From: a virus
Taxonomy: Duplodnaviria > Heunggongvirae > Uroviricota > Caudoviricetes
Virus record (IMG/VR): IMGVR_UViG_2529293246_000006
Direction: 5' to 3' (one strand)
Length of the DNA: 35,493 nucleotides
The position numbers were made by a program, and so were the translations under genes. The notes beneath the pieces are model-generated. The model did no database searches, was not told where the DNA came from, and saw only the letters and a program-made list of their open reading frames with translations. Below are positions 1 to 8,934 of the stretch, piece by piece. How positions within the stretch are numbered: the first letter of the stretch is position 1; every line of letters begins with the position of its first letter.

Positions 1-390
1 TTACTCCTTTTTCCCTGTATCGGCATCAGGTTCGCCATCAAACAGTTTGCCCTGCATCCGATCCAGTTCTTCTTTTCTGACCCGCTTCACCACGCTGTAA
101 ACCCACTGTAGTGAAACACCAAATTTGCGGGCCAGTTCGTGATGGTTGCGCCCGTCAAACTCCAGGAAAATTTCCCGGTCGCGCTGGCTGACCTTCCAGA
201 CCATGCCCATCGGAAAATAGACGTTTTGCCCACCCCAGACCTGCATCATGCGGTTCGCGACGGCCTGACCAATCTGGTCGGCAACTGCGGGTTCGATATC
301 AATAATCTCGCGGACAGTCTCAGAGGTATGCTGTGCCAGTTCCACCAACAGTTCCGGCCCTTTACTACGAAACTGATTCAGGTCGCTCAT
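1..390 (-). CDS. mor: Mor/C-family transcriptional activator (middle operon regulator-like), 129 aa
   Basis: ORF 1..420 trimmed to the internal ATG at 390 (MSDLNQF...), which gives the 129-aa size typical of Mor. That ATG overlaps the upstream gene's stop as ATGA. C-terminal HTH-like region; family assignment is from memory. Confidence 0.75.
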   Translation of the reverse strand: MSDLNQFRSKGPELLVELAQHTSETVREIIDIEPAVADQIGQAVANRMMQVWGGQNVYFPMGMVWKVSQRDREIFLEFDGRNHHELARKFGVSLQWVYSVVKRVRKEELDRMQGKLFDGEPDADTGKKE

Positions 391-815
391 TGCTTCACTC
401 CCGCAGCTCTGCGCTGCCACTTCTTCAGTTTCTCAATCACGCTACTTGCCTGCTCATTGCTGAGCCAGCGTAACGCGCTGATTCCGGTTTCCCGTTTAAC
501 CCACAGCGCCAGCGCCTGCTCTGAACTGTCACGGACGATGCCTGCGGCAGCCATTTCAAGCCATAGCGCACGGATTTTCTTTGACTGCGGATGGCTGTCG
601 AGCGGTAAGCCGGACTTGGCTTTCCCGGCAGGCTTAATGCGAAAGCCTTTCTTTTTCATTGATTCCAGCACGCGGTTTAGCTGTGGGGTATCCATCCCTT
701 TGGTTGAGGCTTTGCCGGTCAGCCCCTGTAGCATCTGGCGGTAGGTGTCCTCATCCATCTGGAGGTCGCTGCGGGCAATATGAATGAGTTGAATAAGACG
801 CTGCTTAGTCATCAT
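387..815 (-). CDS. gemA: GemA-like protein (Mu gp16 family)
   Basis: ORF 387..1004 trimmed to ATGATG at 815..810, preceded by an AGGAG Shine-Dalgarno. Protein starts MMTKQRLIQLIHIARSDL...; sits immediately upstream of mor as in Mu. Family assignment from memory. Confidence 0.6.
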   Translation of the reverse strand: MMTKQRLIQLIHIARSDLQMDEDTYRQMLQGLTGKASTKGMDTPQLNRVLESMKKKGFRIKPAGKAKSGLPLDSHPQSKKIRALWLEMAAAGIVRDSSEQALALWVKRETGISALRWLSNEQASSVIEKLKKWQRRAAGVKQ

Positions 816-1016
816 TGCCACTCCTTTTACCTGCGCCACCGATATAGTCGACATATAAAGGAAGCGCGACAGGCCAGCACAGGAACATAACGGCCCAACT
901 GATCCAGTGTCCGGTACCGCTGTAACGTGAGTAAAACCCTGAACGGCGGTGCAGTTCAGCAGTACACCACCCCACGAGACCATACCAGAACAAGGCACAT
1001 ACAATTGATTCAGCCA

Positions 1017-1706
1017 TCATAAGCCACTCCCCAGCTTCCGCTGTTCCTGCCCGCTGACAGGCTGATGTAGACGGACGTTTTCTCCCTCTCTGTAACCGAT
1101 GTGGCGGGACATGTCCGCGTCACGGGATTTACCGGCTTTGCGGCCAGAGGTTGTTCCTGAATCAGGGTATTTTTGTTCAAGCCAGAGGTTTGCCAGCTCC
1201 CGTTCTTCGCGGGACATAGCAAATAAATGAACCTCACTACGCACGGCCAGAACCCATCCTTCGGCAAATTTGTCACCACGGCTGGTCTTGGTCGTGTTTT
1301 TGATTCTTTTATTCTGCTGTCGAATATAGTTTTTACGGGCCATGATTAACTGTCTGGCCAGTACCTCCCATGTATATGAGGCCAGTTCAACCCGGTCTTT
1401 ATTACCGTAAAAGCCAACGCCGGGTTTAAAGCCGGAGTGAATAATAGACTTAACGCCAAATGCCACCTGGATAATATCCAGCAGACCCAGCATATAACGC
1501 GGCGGATTAACGCTACCTGCAGCCCAGTAGTTACTGACGCTTTCATCAATATCACTGAGTGCGAGGTCAGCCTGGGTGATGTTATAGGCCTGCATCAGTT
1601 TCTGGGCGCGTTGCAGTGCCAGTGCCGCTTCATGGGGGTTATCGGATTTAGCCAGCGCAAGTAGCTTTTTTAACTTCTCCAGCAGCTTTTCATTATTCTG
1701 CGGCAT
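1017..1706 (-). CDS. early protein with DUF2786-like N-terminus
   Basis: 229-aa ORF. N-terminal LLEKLKKLLALAKSDNPHEAALALQRAQKLMQAYNI matches the helical motif I associate with DUF2786 phage proteins. ATG at 1706. Confidence 0.55.
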   Translation of the reverse strand: MPQNNEKLLEKLKKLLALAKSDNPHEAALALQRAQKLMQAYNITQADLALSDIDESVSNYWAAGSVNPPRYMLGLLDIIQVAFGVKSIIHSGFKPGVGFYGNKDRVELASYTWEVLARQLIMARKNYIRQQNKRIKNTTKTSRGDKFAEGWVLAVRSEVHLFAMSREERELANLWLEQKYPDSGTTSGRKAGKSRDADMSRHIGYREGENVRLHQPVSGQEQRKLGSGL

Positions 1707-1989
1707 AAGTCACCCCCAGGCGTTCGGCAAGGCGTTCCAGCTTTTTCTGCTTATGAAAATCAATCATCAGGCCCATCCCGTTTAGGCGGAACTGTTCAAT
1801 TATGATTTCAACGTCAGCCAGTTCGCCTGCCAGATCAACTTCATTGCCCAGTCCGTTCATGTTGCGGGCAGCAGCAGCGGCCAGTTCGGCAGCTTCTTCC
1901 ATCAGCTTCAGAGCCTGAGCTTCTGGGCCGAAGGTTTTGAGGGCCAGATTGTAGATCGTCGAACGGTTATATAATTTCATGCCTTTCAT
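1693..1989 (-). CDS. small MazG-like all-alpha NTP pyrophosphohydrolase (putative)
   Basis: 98 aa. Contains LKLMEEAAELAAAA...DLAGELADVEIIIEQ, resembling the EExxE...ExxD metal-binding helices of MazG/HisE-type pyrophosphatases. Assignment by motif only. Confidence 0.4.
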   Translation of the reverse strand: MKGMKLYNRSTIYNLALKTFGPEAQALKLMEEAAELAAAAARNMNGLGNEVDLAGELADVEIIIEQFRLNGMGLMIDFHKQKKLERLAERLGVTYAAE

Positions 1990-2004
1990 CTTATCTTCCC
2001 CAAA

Positions 2005-2277
2005 TCAATGGCGTGATACGCTGATAACTTTCACGTGGCCGTCCTCAGTAATTTCCAGCTCGTACAGCGGCGGCATTTTTCTCAGGTGGTCACTGGTGGC
2101 GTGAAGAACGTAAATGGCCTGATCTAGGCCATTTGTTGCTACGATGGCGTGTGAAGCCATGCTGATTAATTTGATTAATACCTGCCGGATATGGTTGGGA
2201 TTTTCACAACCACATTCACTGATATATTCCGCGACAATTTCACGGGTCCGTTTTTCGGCTTCTTTTGCAGTAATCAT
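2005..2277 (-). CDS. hypothetical early protein (90 aa)
   Basis: ORF in the early operon; ATG at 2277 overlaps the upstream stop (ATGA). Confidence 0.5.
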   Translation of the reverse strand: MITAKEAEKRTREIVAEYISECGCENPNHIRQVLIKLISMASHAIVATNGLDQAIYVLHATSDHLRKMPPLYELEITEDGHVKVISVSRH

Positions 2278-2462
2278 TTCTTTGCCTCACAAGGGATGAA
2301 TTCCATGGCCGGGACTTCGGTGTAGTAATGCTGGCTACAGTGTGGGCATACCAGCGTGATGAGGACGGCTGGTACGCGGTACTTACCGGAGGAAATGACG
2401 CTGGCGTCGCTGAACTTCAGGGTGGTGATACCTTTCTGGCAGTTGATACATTTGATGGACAT
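2274..2462 (-). CDS. small zinc-ribbon protein (62 aa)
   Basis: Two Cys pairs (CINC ... CPHC) about 35 residues apart, typical of a zinc ribbon. Sits in the early accessory region. Confidence 0.5.
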   Translation of the reverse strand: MSIKCINCQKGITTLKFSDASVISSGKYRVPAVLITLVCPHCSQHYYTEVPAMEFIPCEAKK

Positions 2463-2540
2463 GATTTATTCCTTAATGCTGTTTTCGGCGTGCAGAAGCC
2501 CACGGCACTGACGCCGAAATAAAAAGAAATTGAATTAAAA

Positions 2541-3152
2541 TTAAATGGCAGCGATATCTAACGGAATATTAATTAGCTTCCCGTGTTTATCTTTCTCCCG
2601 GAAATTAATATAGGTTTTGGACATTGCCACCTGCAGTGATTCCGATATGGCCTCCATTGCCCGGTTCCAGCGCTCGTCCTGAATCTTGACGCGGCGCAGG
2701 GAAAGAATACGTCCGGTATTAAGCTGGCCCTCTTTGTCCACCTGAAAAGCATCGCTGATGATGGCCCGCAGGTTGGCGTTCGCGCCTTCCGACCACTCGG
2801 TGACGCACTCGTCTATCAGGTCTTTGGCAATCTGCAGCTCTGGCCCGAAGGTCAGGGTTTCCTGCACGCGGATGGTGATCTGCTGAGCACCGTCGAAGCT
2901 GCTGAAGGTCACGTTGCCTTTGGCACCGCCACGCGTTCTGCCGTACTTCTCGGCCACAAGGTCAAGCCAGGCATAGCACTCGTCAAAGGCACGACGCTTG
3001 AAGTCACTGAGTTCATCGCGTTTAACCTTCGCGGCGACAACCTGTTCTTTAACGAAAGAGTCCATCGCAAGGTCATAGTCAGACACCTGGTCAACCGGCA
3101 CCAGACGCCCCTTGCGGTCTTTCATGTAGTTTTCTTTATTTACTTCGCTCAT
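2541..3152 (-). CDS. conserved early protein of Mu-like phages (possibly DUF3164 family)
   Basis: 203-aa ORF in the semi-essential early region between the B-like ATPase and gemA. Family guess from memory; no similarity to Mu Gam noted. Confidence 0.45.
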   Translation of the reverse strand: MSEVNKENYMKDRKGRLVPVDQVSDYDLAMDSFVKEQVVAAKVKRDELSDFKRRAFDECYAWLDLVAEKYGRTRGGAKGNVTFSSFDGAQQITIRVQETLTFGPELQIAKDLIDECVTEWSEGANANLRAIISDAFQVDKEGQLNTGRILSLRRVKIQDERWNRAMEAISESLQVAMSKTYINFREKDKHGKLINIPLDIAAI

Positions 3153-3169
3153 CTCTGTTCACCTTATGG

Positions 3170-3439
3170 TTAATGTAACGACTCTGACCAGGTAATACGG
3201 CAGCCATGCAACTCAAAGACACCCTGACGGAAGCGCCCTGAGCCGTCATGGCCAACATGGGTATAACTCGCTTTGCCCTGCTCCAGCAGGCGGGCACAGT
3301 GCCCGTTGCGGGCGATACGGATAACCGGCTTACTGCCAGCAATCATGACGCTCTGCACGGTAGTGTTCATGGCGTTGAGCGCCATAATGGCGGACTGCAC
3401 CTTGTTCATCTGCTGGTTGATATCGGCGATGGATTTCAT
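3170..3439 (-). CDS. hypothetical small early protein (89 aa) at the kil position
   Basis: ORF immediately downstream of the B-like ATPase (stop at 3442), the position Kil occupies in Mu. No recognisable motif. Confidence 0.45.
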   Translation of the reverse strand: MKSIADINQQMNKVQSAIMALNAMNTTVQSVMIAGSKPVIRIARNGHCARLLEQGKASYTHVGHDGSGRFRQGVFELHGCRITWSESLH

Positions 3440-3441
3440 GC

Positions 3442-4608
3442 TTAAACTCCTTTGACGACGTCGGCGTTGACCTGCGGGACCCCGATTTCAGCAGCCAGAT
3501 TCATGGCGGCTATCACCAGGTTACTGACGGCCAGCGGATACAGCAGGCTGACCATGCTTTTACGGCTACTACCCAGATTGCTCAGACGGGCGCGGATGGC
3601 TTCCACTGCGCTGGCGTCCATGATGTCGGCCAGCTGCTTACCGGCACGTTGCAGTTTGAACGTCAGAAACTCTTCGAGGCTGTTGTCCAGCGGCAGCAAT
3701 TCAACCAACTCGCAGCGCTGGACGACCTCACGGACTTCCATGTTGCGTTCGGACAGTTTGTCTGCCAGTTCAGGCTGGCCAATCAGCACGATGGACAGCA
3801 GTTTTTTGAAGCCGGACTCCAGTTCGAAGAAGCGTTTAAGGTGCTTCAGCGTCGGAATGGGAAGGCTGTGGGCCTCCTCAATCACCAGAACGTGGCTGAA
3901 ACCCGCCTGACTGCTGTCCTTCAGGACTCGGTGCAACTGGCGGAAGCGGGCGTCCTGGCTGCGTTTGATACTCTCCAGCGGCGCGATGGTGCTGATGATG
4001 GCCTCGGCGATAGCTGCCGCCTTCAGGGTTTTGCCCTTCACGTCGTTGTCTTCCATGGCGATGATGTATGGCTCGATTACAATCACCGGCGCGTTCTCGC
4101 GGTTGACGCGTTCAATCAGGTCGCGGCGCAGCGTGGATTTACCCGCACCGGACTCGCCGATAACCGCCAGAAAGCCACCATGGCGGGCGGTCTGGAACAG
4201 CGCCTCACGCACGTAGCGGATATCCGGCGTGGTGAACACATCGTCCGCGCCCTGCATGGCTTCATCGGCGAACGGATCACGGAAAAGGCCAAACGCTTTT
4301 TTGGTTGCTGGAAATAACACCTGCTTTTTGAGTAACATGTTCTCTTCCTCACTGAGGTTGGTTTTATCGGTAGTACCCGCTGTACGGGGCGTGACAGCGC
4401 CCTGTGCAGCATCAAAACTTTTCACTGTATCAATCCCCTTACTTTCCAGATACAACGCCAGACGCTGGCGTACCTCTTCGGGGCTGGTGCGTGGCCACTC
4501 GTTATGGTTCACAATCTGGGCCAGCGTGGCCTCGGAAACGGCGACGGCTCTTGCCACCACCGCCTGCGGGATGCGGGCCTCTTTCAGTTGTTGCTTCAGT
4601 ACCAGCAT
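3442..4608 (-). CDS. transposition ATPase (MuB-like AAA+ target DNA activator)
   Basis: 388 aa. Walker A GESGAGKST and Walker B VLVIEEAH. Directly downstream of the transposase. Strong GAGGAGG Shine-Dalgarno before the ATG at 4608. Confidence 0.85.
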   Translation of the reverse strand: MLVLKQQLKEARIPQAVVARAVAVSEATLAQIVNHNEWPRTSPEEVRQRLALYLESKGIDTVKSFDAAQGAVTPRTAGTTDKTNLSEEENMLLKKQVLFPATKKAFGLFRDPFADEAMQGADDVFTTPDIRYVREALFQTARHGGFLAVIGESGAGKSTLRRDLIERVNRENAPVIVIEPYIIAMEDNDVKGKTLKAAAIAEAIISTIAPLESIKRSQDARFRQLHRVLKDSSQAGFSHVLVIEEAHSLPIPTLKHLKRFFELESGFKKLLSIVLIGQPELADKLSERNMEVREVVQRCELVELLPLDNSLEEFLTFKLQRAGKQLADIMDASAVEAIRARLSNLGSSRKSMVSLLYPLAVSNLVIAAMNLAAEIGVPQVNADVVKGV

Positions 4609-4618
4609 GCCTTCCTCC

Positions 4619-6388
4619 TCAGTTACCGTTAACGATGCTGATAACGCTGTTGCGGGCCGGAGTGGTCAGGGTAACCATCACCTCATCCAGCGCGGCTTCA
4701 GGTACGCCATCCGGGTACTGCGCCGTTAACTGGCGGTAATGTTCCGGCGTCCAGATATGGCCGTTAGCGCCAAACTTCTCGCGCAGGGCTTTCGCCGCCT
4801 CCACATGGGTCAGCGGACGCTGCTCAATACGCGGCCCGCGCACGTCTGAAGCCTGACCGCGCTTCGGCATATAGGCCGGAAGCGTGGTGTCGTCGATATG
4901 TTTGTACGGGTCAAGTCGCCCGCCGAACGGCAGCGCCTTCGCCTTGCGTGCAGCAGCTGCATCGGTGGCGTTATCGGTGCCCGTAACCAGCTCTTCGATT
5001 TCTTTTGCCGCCGTCTGCGCCGGGGTCTCCGGCAGGGCTTTGTAGTTTTCGCCAAATACCGCCGCGTTTTCGGCAAAGCCGAACTCGTTCTTTCTGACCT
5101 CCTCGACCAGGAAGAACGTCTCGTGACCGTCCTCACCGGTCAGCACCACCTGCGCCACATCGCTGCGCCACGGGTTACGGGTAATCATCAGTTTTTCGCC
5201 GACCAGTACGCCCGGTACCGTCGAAACGTCAAACTCATTGCCCCGGAACGAGACGCGCAGTTTTGGTGTGACCTTACGGAGTTCCGGTGCGGCCACCGCC
5301 AGTTCGCGGCAAACCTCAACGGATGGCGCTTTTTTCAGCTGGTCAGCAGTAATCTTCAGCCAGATATCCGTGCGGGTTTTACCGTGGCGGCTGTGGACCG
5401 CCGTGGCGTTAAAGTGGCTGCGCCATTTCACCGCCAGTGCGTTCAGTTCGTCCAGGCTATGAACCGGCTGGAATTTGAGACCCGGCTCCAGTTTACGTTC
5501 GATAATGTCACGGGCCTTTTCCACCTGCCCGGTGGCGCGGGCGTTATGCGGCTTGTGCGCTATCAGATTGATGCCCAGCGAGCGGCACATGTTTTTCGTC
5601 ATGCCAGCGGTGTTCGCCGAACCGGGATCAAGGTAGAGTATTTTCGGCACGCCGTGCAGCACGTCCGCGCCGCCGCGCTCCTGCATGGCGTTGATAAGCA
5701 CAGAACAGAGGTTCTCACCAGATTCCGCACCCATCACGTACTCAACGTAAATCCAGCCGCTGGTATGGTCGGTAATCTCGTAACTCCACACGCGGTCACT
5801 GGCGATGCGGGCGATGTTGGCAGGCTTGTTCTTGTAGAACTTCGAGCTGTCCATCACCTGCAACCCTTTATGGCCGTTGCTCAGGTAGTAAAGCGTACAA
5901 AGTGAGGCATCAATCTCCCAGACGTGATTGGGATGCAGGCTGGCCATCTCGGACGACGGGGCCGGTGCGTCAAGCTGTTCCGGGTGCAGACCATAGTTCC
6001 GCAGGGCGCGGCTGATGGTATCCTCGGACAGCGGGAAAAACTCGCCTGTGGCCTCGTCCGTTCTGCCAGCAGTGATAAAGCCGTTTGACCGCAGGGTCTC
6101 CACCGCATCCGCGATGGAATACAGGCGCTTACCGTTCTTACGGGTGGCCTCGCGCAGCGTGGCAGATATCAGCGCGGCTTCGTCGCGGCTCAGGGCACTG
6201 CGCCCGGCATCGGCGCGTTTTTTACGTTTGTCAGTCACTGATACCTCCTTCAGCTTGCGCAGCAGGGTGGCGCGGGAAATGCCCAGTTCGGCGCAGGCGG
6301 CATCATATATCGCACCACGCTTACCATGCCCCGCGTCACGTGCCGCGCGGGCAACATAAACCAGTCGTTCAGTCAGGGCGGCACTCAT
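4619..6388 (-). CDS. DDE transposase (Mu/BcepMu-type, integrase-core fold)
   Basis: 589 aa. N-terminal HTH region, candidate catalytic Asp residues in HVWEIDAS and YLDPGSAN, followed by a conserved Glu region. Sits just upstream of the ATPase as in transposable phages. Confidence 0.85.
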   Translation of the reverse strand: MSAALTERLVYVARAARDAGHGKRGAIYDAACAELGISRATLLRKLKEVSVTDKRKKRADAGRSALSRDEAALISATLREATRKNGKRLYSIADAVETLRSNGFITAGRTDEATGEFFPLSEDTISRALRNYGLHPEQLDAPAPSSEMASLHPNHVWEIDASLCTLYYLSNGHKGLQVMDSSKFYKNKPANIARIASDRVWSYEITDHTSGWIYVEYVMGAESGENLCSVLINAMQERGGADVLHGVPKILYLDPGSANTAGMTKNMCRSLGINLIAHKPHNARATGQVEKARDIIERKLEPGLKFQPVHSLDELNALAVKWRSHFNATAVHSRHGKTRTDIWLKITADQLKKAPSVEVCRELAVAAPELRKVTPKLRVSFRGNEFDVSTVPGVLVGEKLMITRNPWRSDVAQVVLTGEDGHETFFLVEEVRKNEFGFAENAAVFGENYKALPETPAQTAAKEIEELVTGTDNATDAAAARKAKALPFGGRLDPYKHIDDTTLPAYMPKRGQASDVRGPRIEQRPLTHVEAAKALREKFGANGHIWTPEHYRQLTAQYPDGVPEAALDEVMVTLTTPARNSVISIVNGN

Positions 6389-6391
6389 GGG

Positions 6392-7300
6392 TTATGCCTC
6401 CTGCCCGTTAATCTCTGGCGTCGGGTCAGTCAGCCATGAAGGGGCGGCGTTGCCTGTCGGCTCGTCCGGCAGGTCAAATGTGGAGCGTAGGCTACGCGCG
6501 GTGCTTTCCAACTGGCAGACCAGACCGGCCATAAAGTCTCTGGGGGTATCAATCATATTTTCAGCACAGTATGCGCACAGGGTCTCAAAGGCGCTGGACA
6601 GTCGAACGGCGATGGCAGATTCCGCCTCAACCGCTAACGCTGTAACTTCCGCACGCAGCTTCTTCACCTCTTCGTCAGGCTTGGGCGGCTGGATACGGGA
6701 TTTCTTCTCCAGTTTTGTGGAGAGCGAGTCGATTTTTTCGTTTTTGTCGGCAAGCACGCGCTGTTGTGCTGCGTTGGTTTCGCGGGCTTCACGTAGGGCT
6801 TGACGCAATTCTCTACAGCTCATGCGGTCGACATCATCTAGTTTCAGACCCGCTACAGTGCCACCATCAGCCAGTTCAGCGAGAGATTCATCATCTTCAG
6901 TCATCAATTCAAAAAGTTTGGATTTACCCAAATGTGCCAACGTTGGCACATTTGATTTCAGTGCGGGGGATAAGTATTTAGTCGATGCTTGCATCATCCG
7001 CACAGAAGTTCGGTATGGTAAGCCCAACTCATTTTCAAGAATGTTAATAAATTCCCCGTGCGGCTCATTTTCTTTAAGAATTACAAGGCGCTTACCTGCT
7101 TCCAGCATCGCCTCAGCACTCTGTGCCATATAAAACCGTGTTTCGTGAACAATACGATCACGTTCATACGGCAGACCATCACCGAACTGCTGCATGATTT
7201 CGAGGCGATGTTCGGTCATGGCATTAAGACTAACGTTGAGGCCATCACTCAGCGGAGCATCTTCCATTAGTTCAACTGGTTGTGATTTTGTGCGTCCCAT
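6392..7300 (-). CDS. hypothetical early protein (302 aa, coiled-coil rich)
   Basis: ORF with an AAGGAG Shine-Dalgarno before the ATG at 7300. Central region is Glu/Lys/Ala-rich and looks coiled-coil. No family recognised. Confidence 0.5.
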   Translation of the reverse strand: MGRTKSQPVELMEDAPLSDGLNVSLNAMTEHRLEIMQQFGDGLPYERDRIVHETRFYMAQSAEAMLEAGKRLVILKENEPHGEFINILENELGLPYRTSVRMMQASTKYLSPALKSNVPTLAHLGKSKLFELMTEDDESLAELADGGTVAGLKLDDVDRMSCRELRQALREARETNAAQQRVLADKNEKIDSLSTKLEKKSRIQPPKPDEEVKKLRAEVTALAVEAESAIAVRLSSAFETLCAYCAENMIDTPRDFMAGLVCQLESTARSLRSTFDLPDEPTGNAAPSWLTDPTPEINGQEA

Positions 7301-7309
7301 TTCAACTCC

Positions 7310-7615
7310 TTAGCGACTACCAGCCATAACACGCTGGTTGATTTCATTAATACGATCCTGCGCCCGCGCCATTTCGGTACTGTGCGCCATGGCGATTTGT
7401 AAGAGCTGGACTCCAGGGGCAAAACGCCCGTTATCCAGTTTCAGGGCCAGTCCTTCTTCGATAAGGGTATTGAGCGCCCGATTGATATTCGCCGGGGACT
7501 CGCCCAGAGCTGACGCCAGCTCGCCGTTAGAAACACCGTTCAGAGCGTGACCGCGTAAAGCCTTAAGGACACGCAAAATACGGGTACCTGAGCTTGATGT
7601 ATTTGGTTTACTCAT
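7310..7615 (-). CDS. winged-HTH transcriptional regulator (IclR/MarR-like N-domain)
   Basis: 101 aa. RILRVLKALRGHALNGVSNGELASALGESPANINRALNTLIEEGL looks like an HTH. Its start overlaps the ner stop (ATGA). Confidence 0.5.
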   Translation of the reverse strand: MSKPNTSSSGTRILRVLKALRGHALNGVSNGELASALGESPANINRALNTLIEEGLALKLDNGRFAPGVQLLQIAMAHSTEMARAQDRINEINQRVMAGSR

Positions 7616-7836
7616 GACGCCTCCTTGAGGATGCCGGGGGTAACTTCTTTGCCTATTGCGACCGAAAGGTCTCGCAAAATCCGATAAGTCAAACGACCGC
7701 GTGGAAGTTCGCTTTTGCCTGCCCAGCGGCTGACAGCCTGGGTGACTGTTCGTGGCTCATAGCCCGCGTTAAGCGCGAACTGGCGCAAGCTACTGCCTCT
7801 TTCAACCAGCCGTGCCCGAACTTGTTGTTTGTTCAT
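7612..7836 (-). CDS. ner: Ner-like DNA-binding protein
   Basis: 74 aa from the ATG at 7836. ...LRQFALNAGYEPRTVTQAVSR... resembles the Ner/Nlp family. First gene of the minus-strand early operon, divergent from the repressor. Confidence 0.7.
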   Translation of the reverse strand: MNKQQVRARLVERGSSLRQFALNAGYEPRTVTQAVSRWAGKSELPRGRLTYRILRDLSVAIGKEVTPGILKEAS

Positions 7837-7924
7837 ATGCACCGTGTTCCTGTTGGGTTATGATGTACTCTATTGGGTCTATTGTACGCACCCGAACGGG
7901 TATGTCAAATTGAGATATGTTCAA
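7837..7924. promoter_or_regulatory. divergent ner/repressor intergenic control region (putative operators and promoters)
   Basis: 88-bp spacer between divergent start codons. Contains TGTTGGGTTA and TATTGGGTCT direct repeats and a CCCGAACGGG inverted repeat. Function inferred from position only. Confidence 0.4.
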
Positions 7925-8335
7925 ATGAGTATAAAAGAGAGATTGCGCGAAGCGATGGATGCTAAGAGTCTGACAATTAAGGCATTGTCAGAGTTGTCAA
8001 AAATTCCATATCGCTCACTTCAAAACTATCTGCGTGGAGAGAGAGAACCTAATGCAGAGGCTCTTGTTGCGCTAAGCACCCATTTGAACATATCAATAGA
8101 TTGGCTACTTACTGGTAAAGGGGAAGCTGTTGGGGTAGAGAAAGCACAGCCAGCTAATCAGGAGCAGCATTTCAACCAGTCTGATCTGAAGTTATTGGAG
8201 CTGCTCAACCAACTGGAGCCAGAGGTGCGAAAAGATTTGCTGCGAGGCGCTGAGGAAAAACAGCGAATGATTGATATGGAAAAACAGCTTAAGGAGCTGT
8301 CCGCAGCGTTCGAAAGATTAAAAAATACGGGTTAA
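7925..8335 (+). CDS. XRE-family HTH repressor (putative prophage maintenance repressor)
   Basis: ORF 7829..8335 trimmed to the ATG at 7925 (MSIKERLREAMDAKSLTIKALSELSKIPYRSLQNYL...). Classic XRE HTH with a C-terminal helical domain. Divergent from ner. Confidence 0.7.
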   Translation: MSIKERLREAMDAKSLTIKALSELSKIPYRSLQNYLRGEREPNAEALVALSTHLNISIDWLLTGKGEAVGVEKAQPANQEQHFNQSDLKLLELLNQLEPEVRKDLLRGAEEKQRMIDMEKQLKELSAAFERLKNTG

Positions 8336-8370
8336 TCTGTTCCTATTAAGAACATTAGAGGTATAAGGAC

Positions 8371-8904
8371 ATGACTATGCGCAAATTATTTTTACCGTTG
8401 ATATTTGTTTTATCTGGGTGTGGAGATAATACCGATCCTGCTGATACGTCCACCACAGCTAAGGAGCACGCGGTTTTTAGCGTTGAAACAGATAATCCGG
8501 TTGTAAATCGCGAATTACCGTTTATTCGCCAACAACTCCCCGGCCTGGATAAGTACGCGGACAGTTTTGAAAAAGTCGAAGTATCCGAGGATAGCGAACG
8601 TCCGGTGACAACGGTGCAGTTTCATATTAAAGACGAAAATAATATTCCAAGTGACTACATAGCCTCTGGTCATAATTGTTATTTGTTCATATCAAATAAT
8701 GCCCACGAAGTGAAAATATCTAAATCAGCATGTCAGGCTGTTTTTTTCGATAAAACGGATGTTCCTGGTGGAGACCTGACCGTGAAACTTGATAAGGAAA
8801 AAGTTCCTATGACAGATGATGGTAAGACCCCGCGAGCAGGTTGTTTGAAAGCTTATTCACCAGAGCCAGATAATGATTATTGGACTTGTCCAAGGCAGGA
8901 TTAA
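8371..8904 (+). CDS. lipoprotein of unknown function (moron; candidate superinfection-exclusion protein)
   Basis: 177 aa. N-terminus MTMRKLFLPLIFVLSGCGDN is a lipoprotein signal peptide with an LSGC lipobox. The gene and flanks are visibly AT-richer than neighbouring phage genes. Confidence 0.65.
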   Translation: MTMRKLFLPLIFVLSGCGDNTDPADTSTTAKEHAVFSVETDNPVVNRELPFIRQQLPGLDKYADSFEKVEVSEDSERPVTTVQFHIKDENNIPSDYIASGHNCYLFISNNAHEVKISKSACQAVFFDKTDVPGGDLTVKLDKEKVPMTDDGKTPRAGCLKAYSPEPDNDYWTCPRQD

Positions 8905-8911
8905 ATGTTTA

Positions 8912-8934
8912 GGTGGTGCTGCAGATGCACCACC
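8912..8934. terminator. hairpin between convergent lipoprotein and dam genes (putative bidirectional terminator)
   Basis: GGTGGTGC (8912-8919) / GCACCACC (8927-8934) stem with a 7-nt loop, flanked by A/T-rich runs. Lies between the stop at 8904 (+) and the stop at 8952 (-). Confidence 0.45.

Noticed and set aside
139-744. 201-aa plus-strand ORF
   Set aside because: Antisense to mor and gemA, both of which have strong starts and family resemblance.
4898-5905. 335-aa plus-strand ORF
   Set aside because: Lies entirely antisense to the transposase gene, which has clear DDE and HTH features. No ribosome-binding site, and its Arg/Ala/Gly-rich composition is typical of antisense frames in GC-rich coding DNA.
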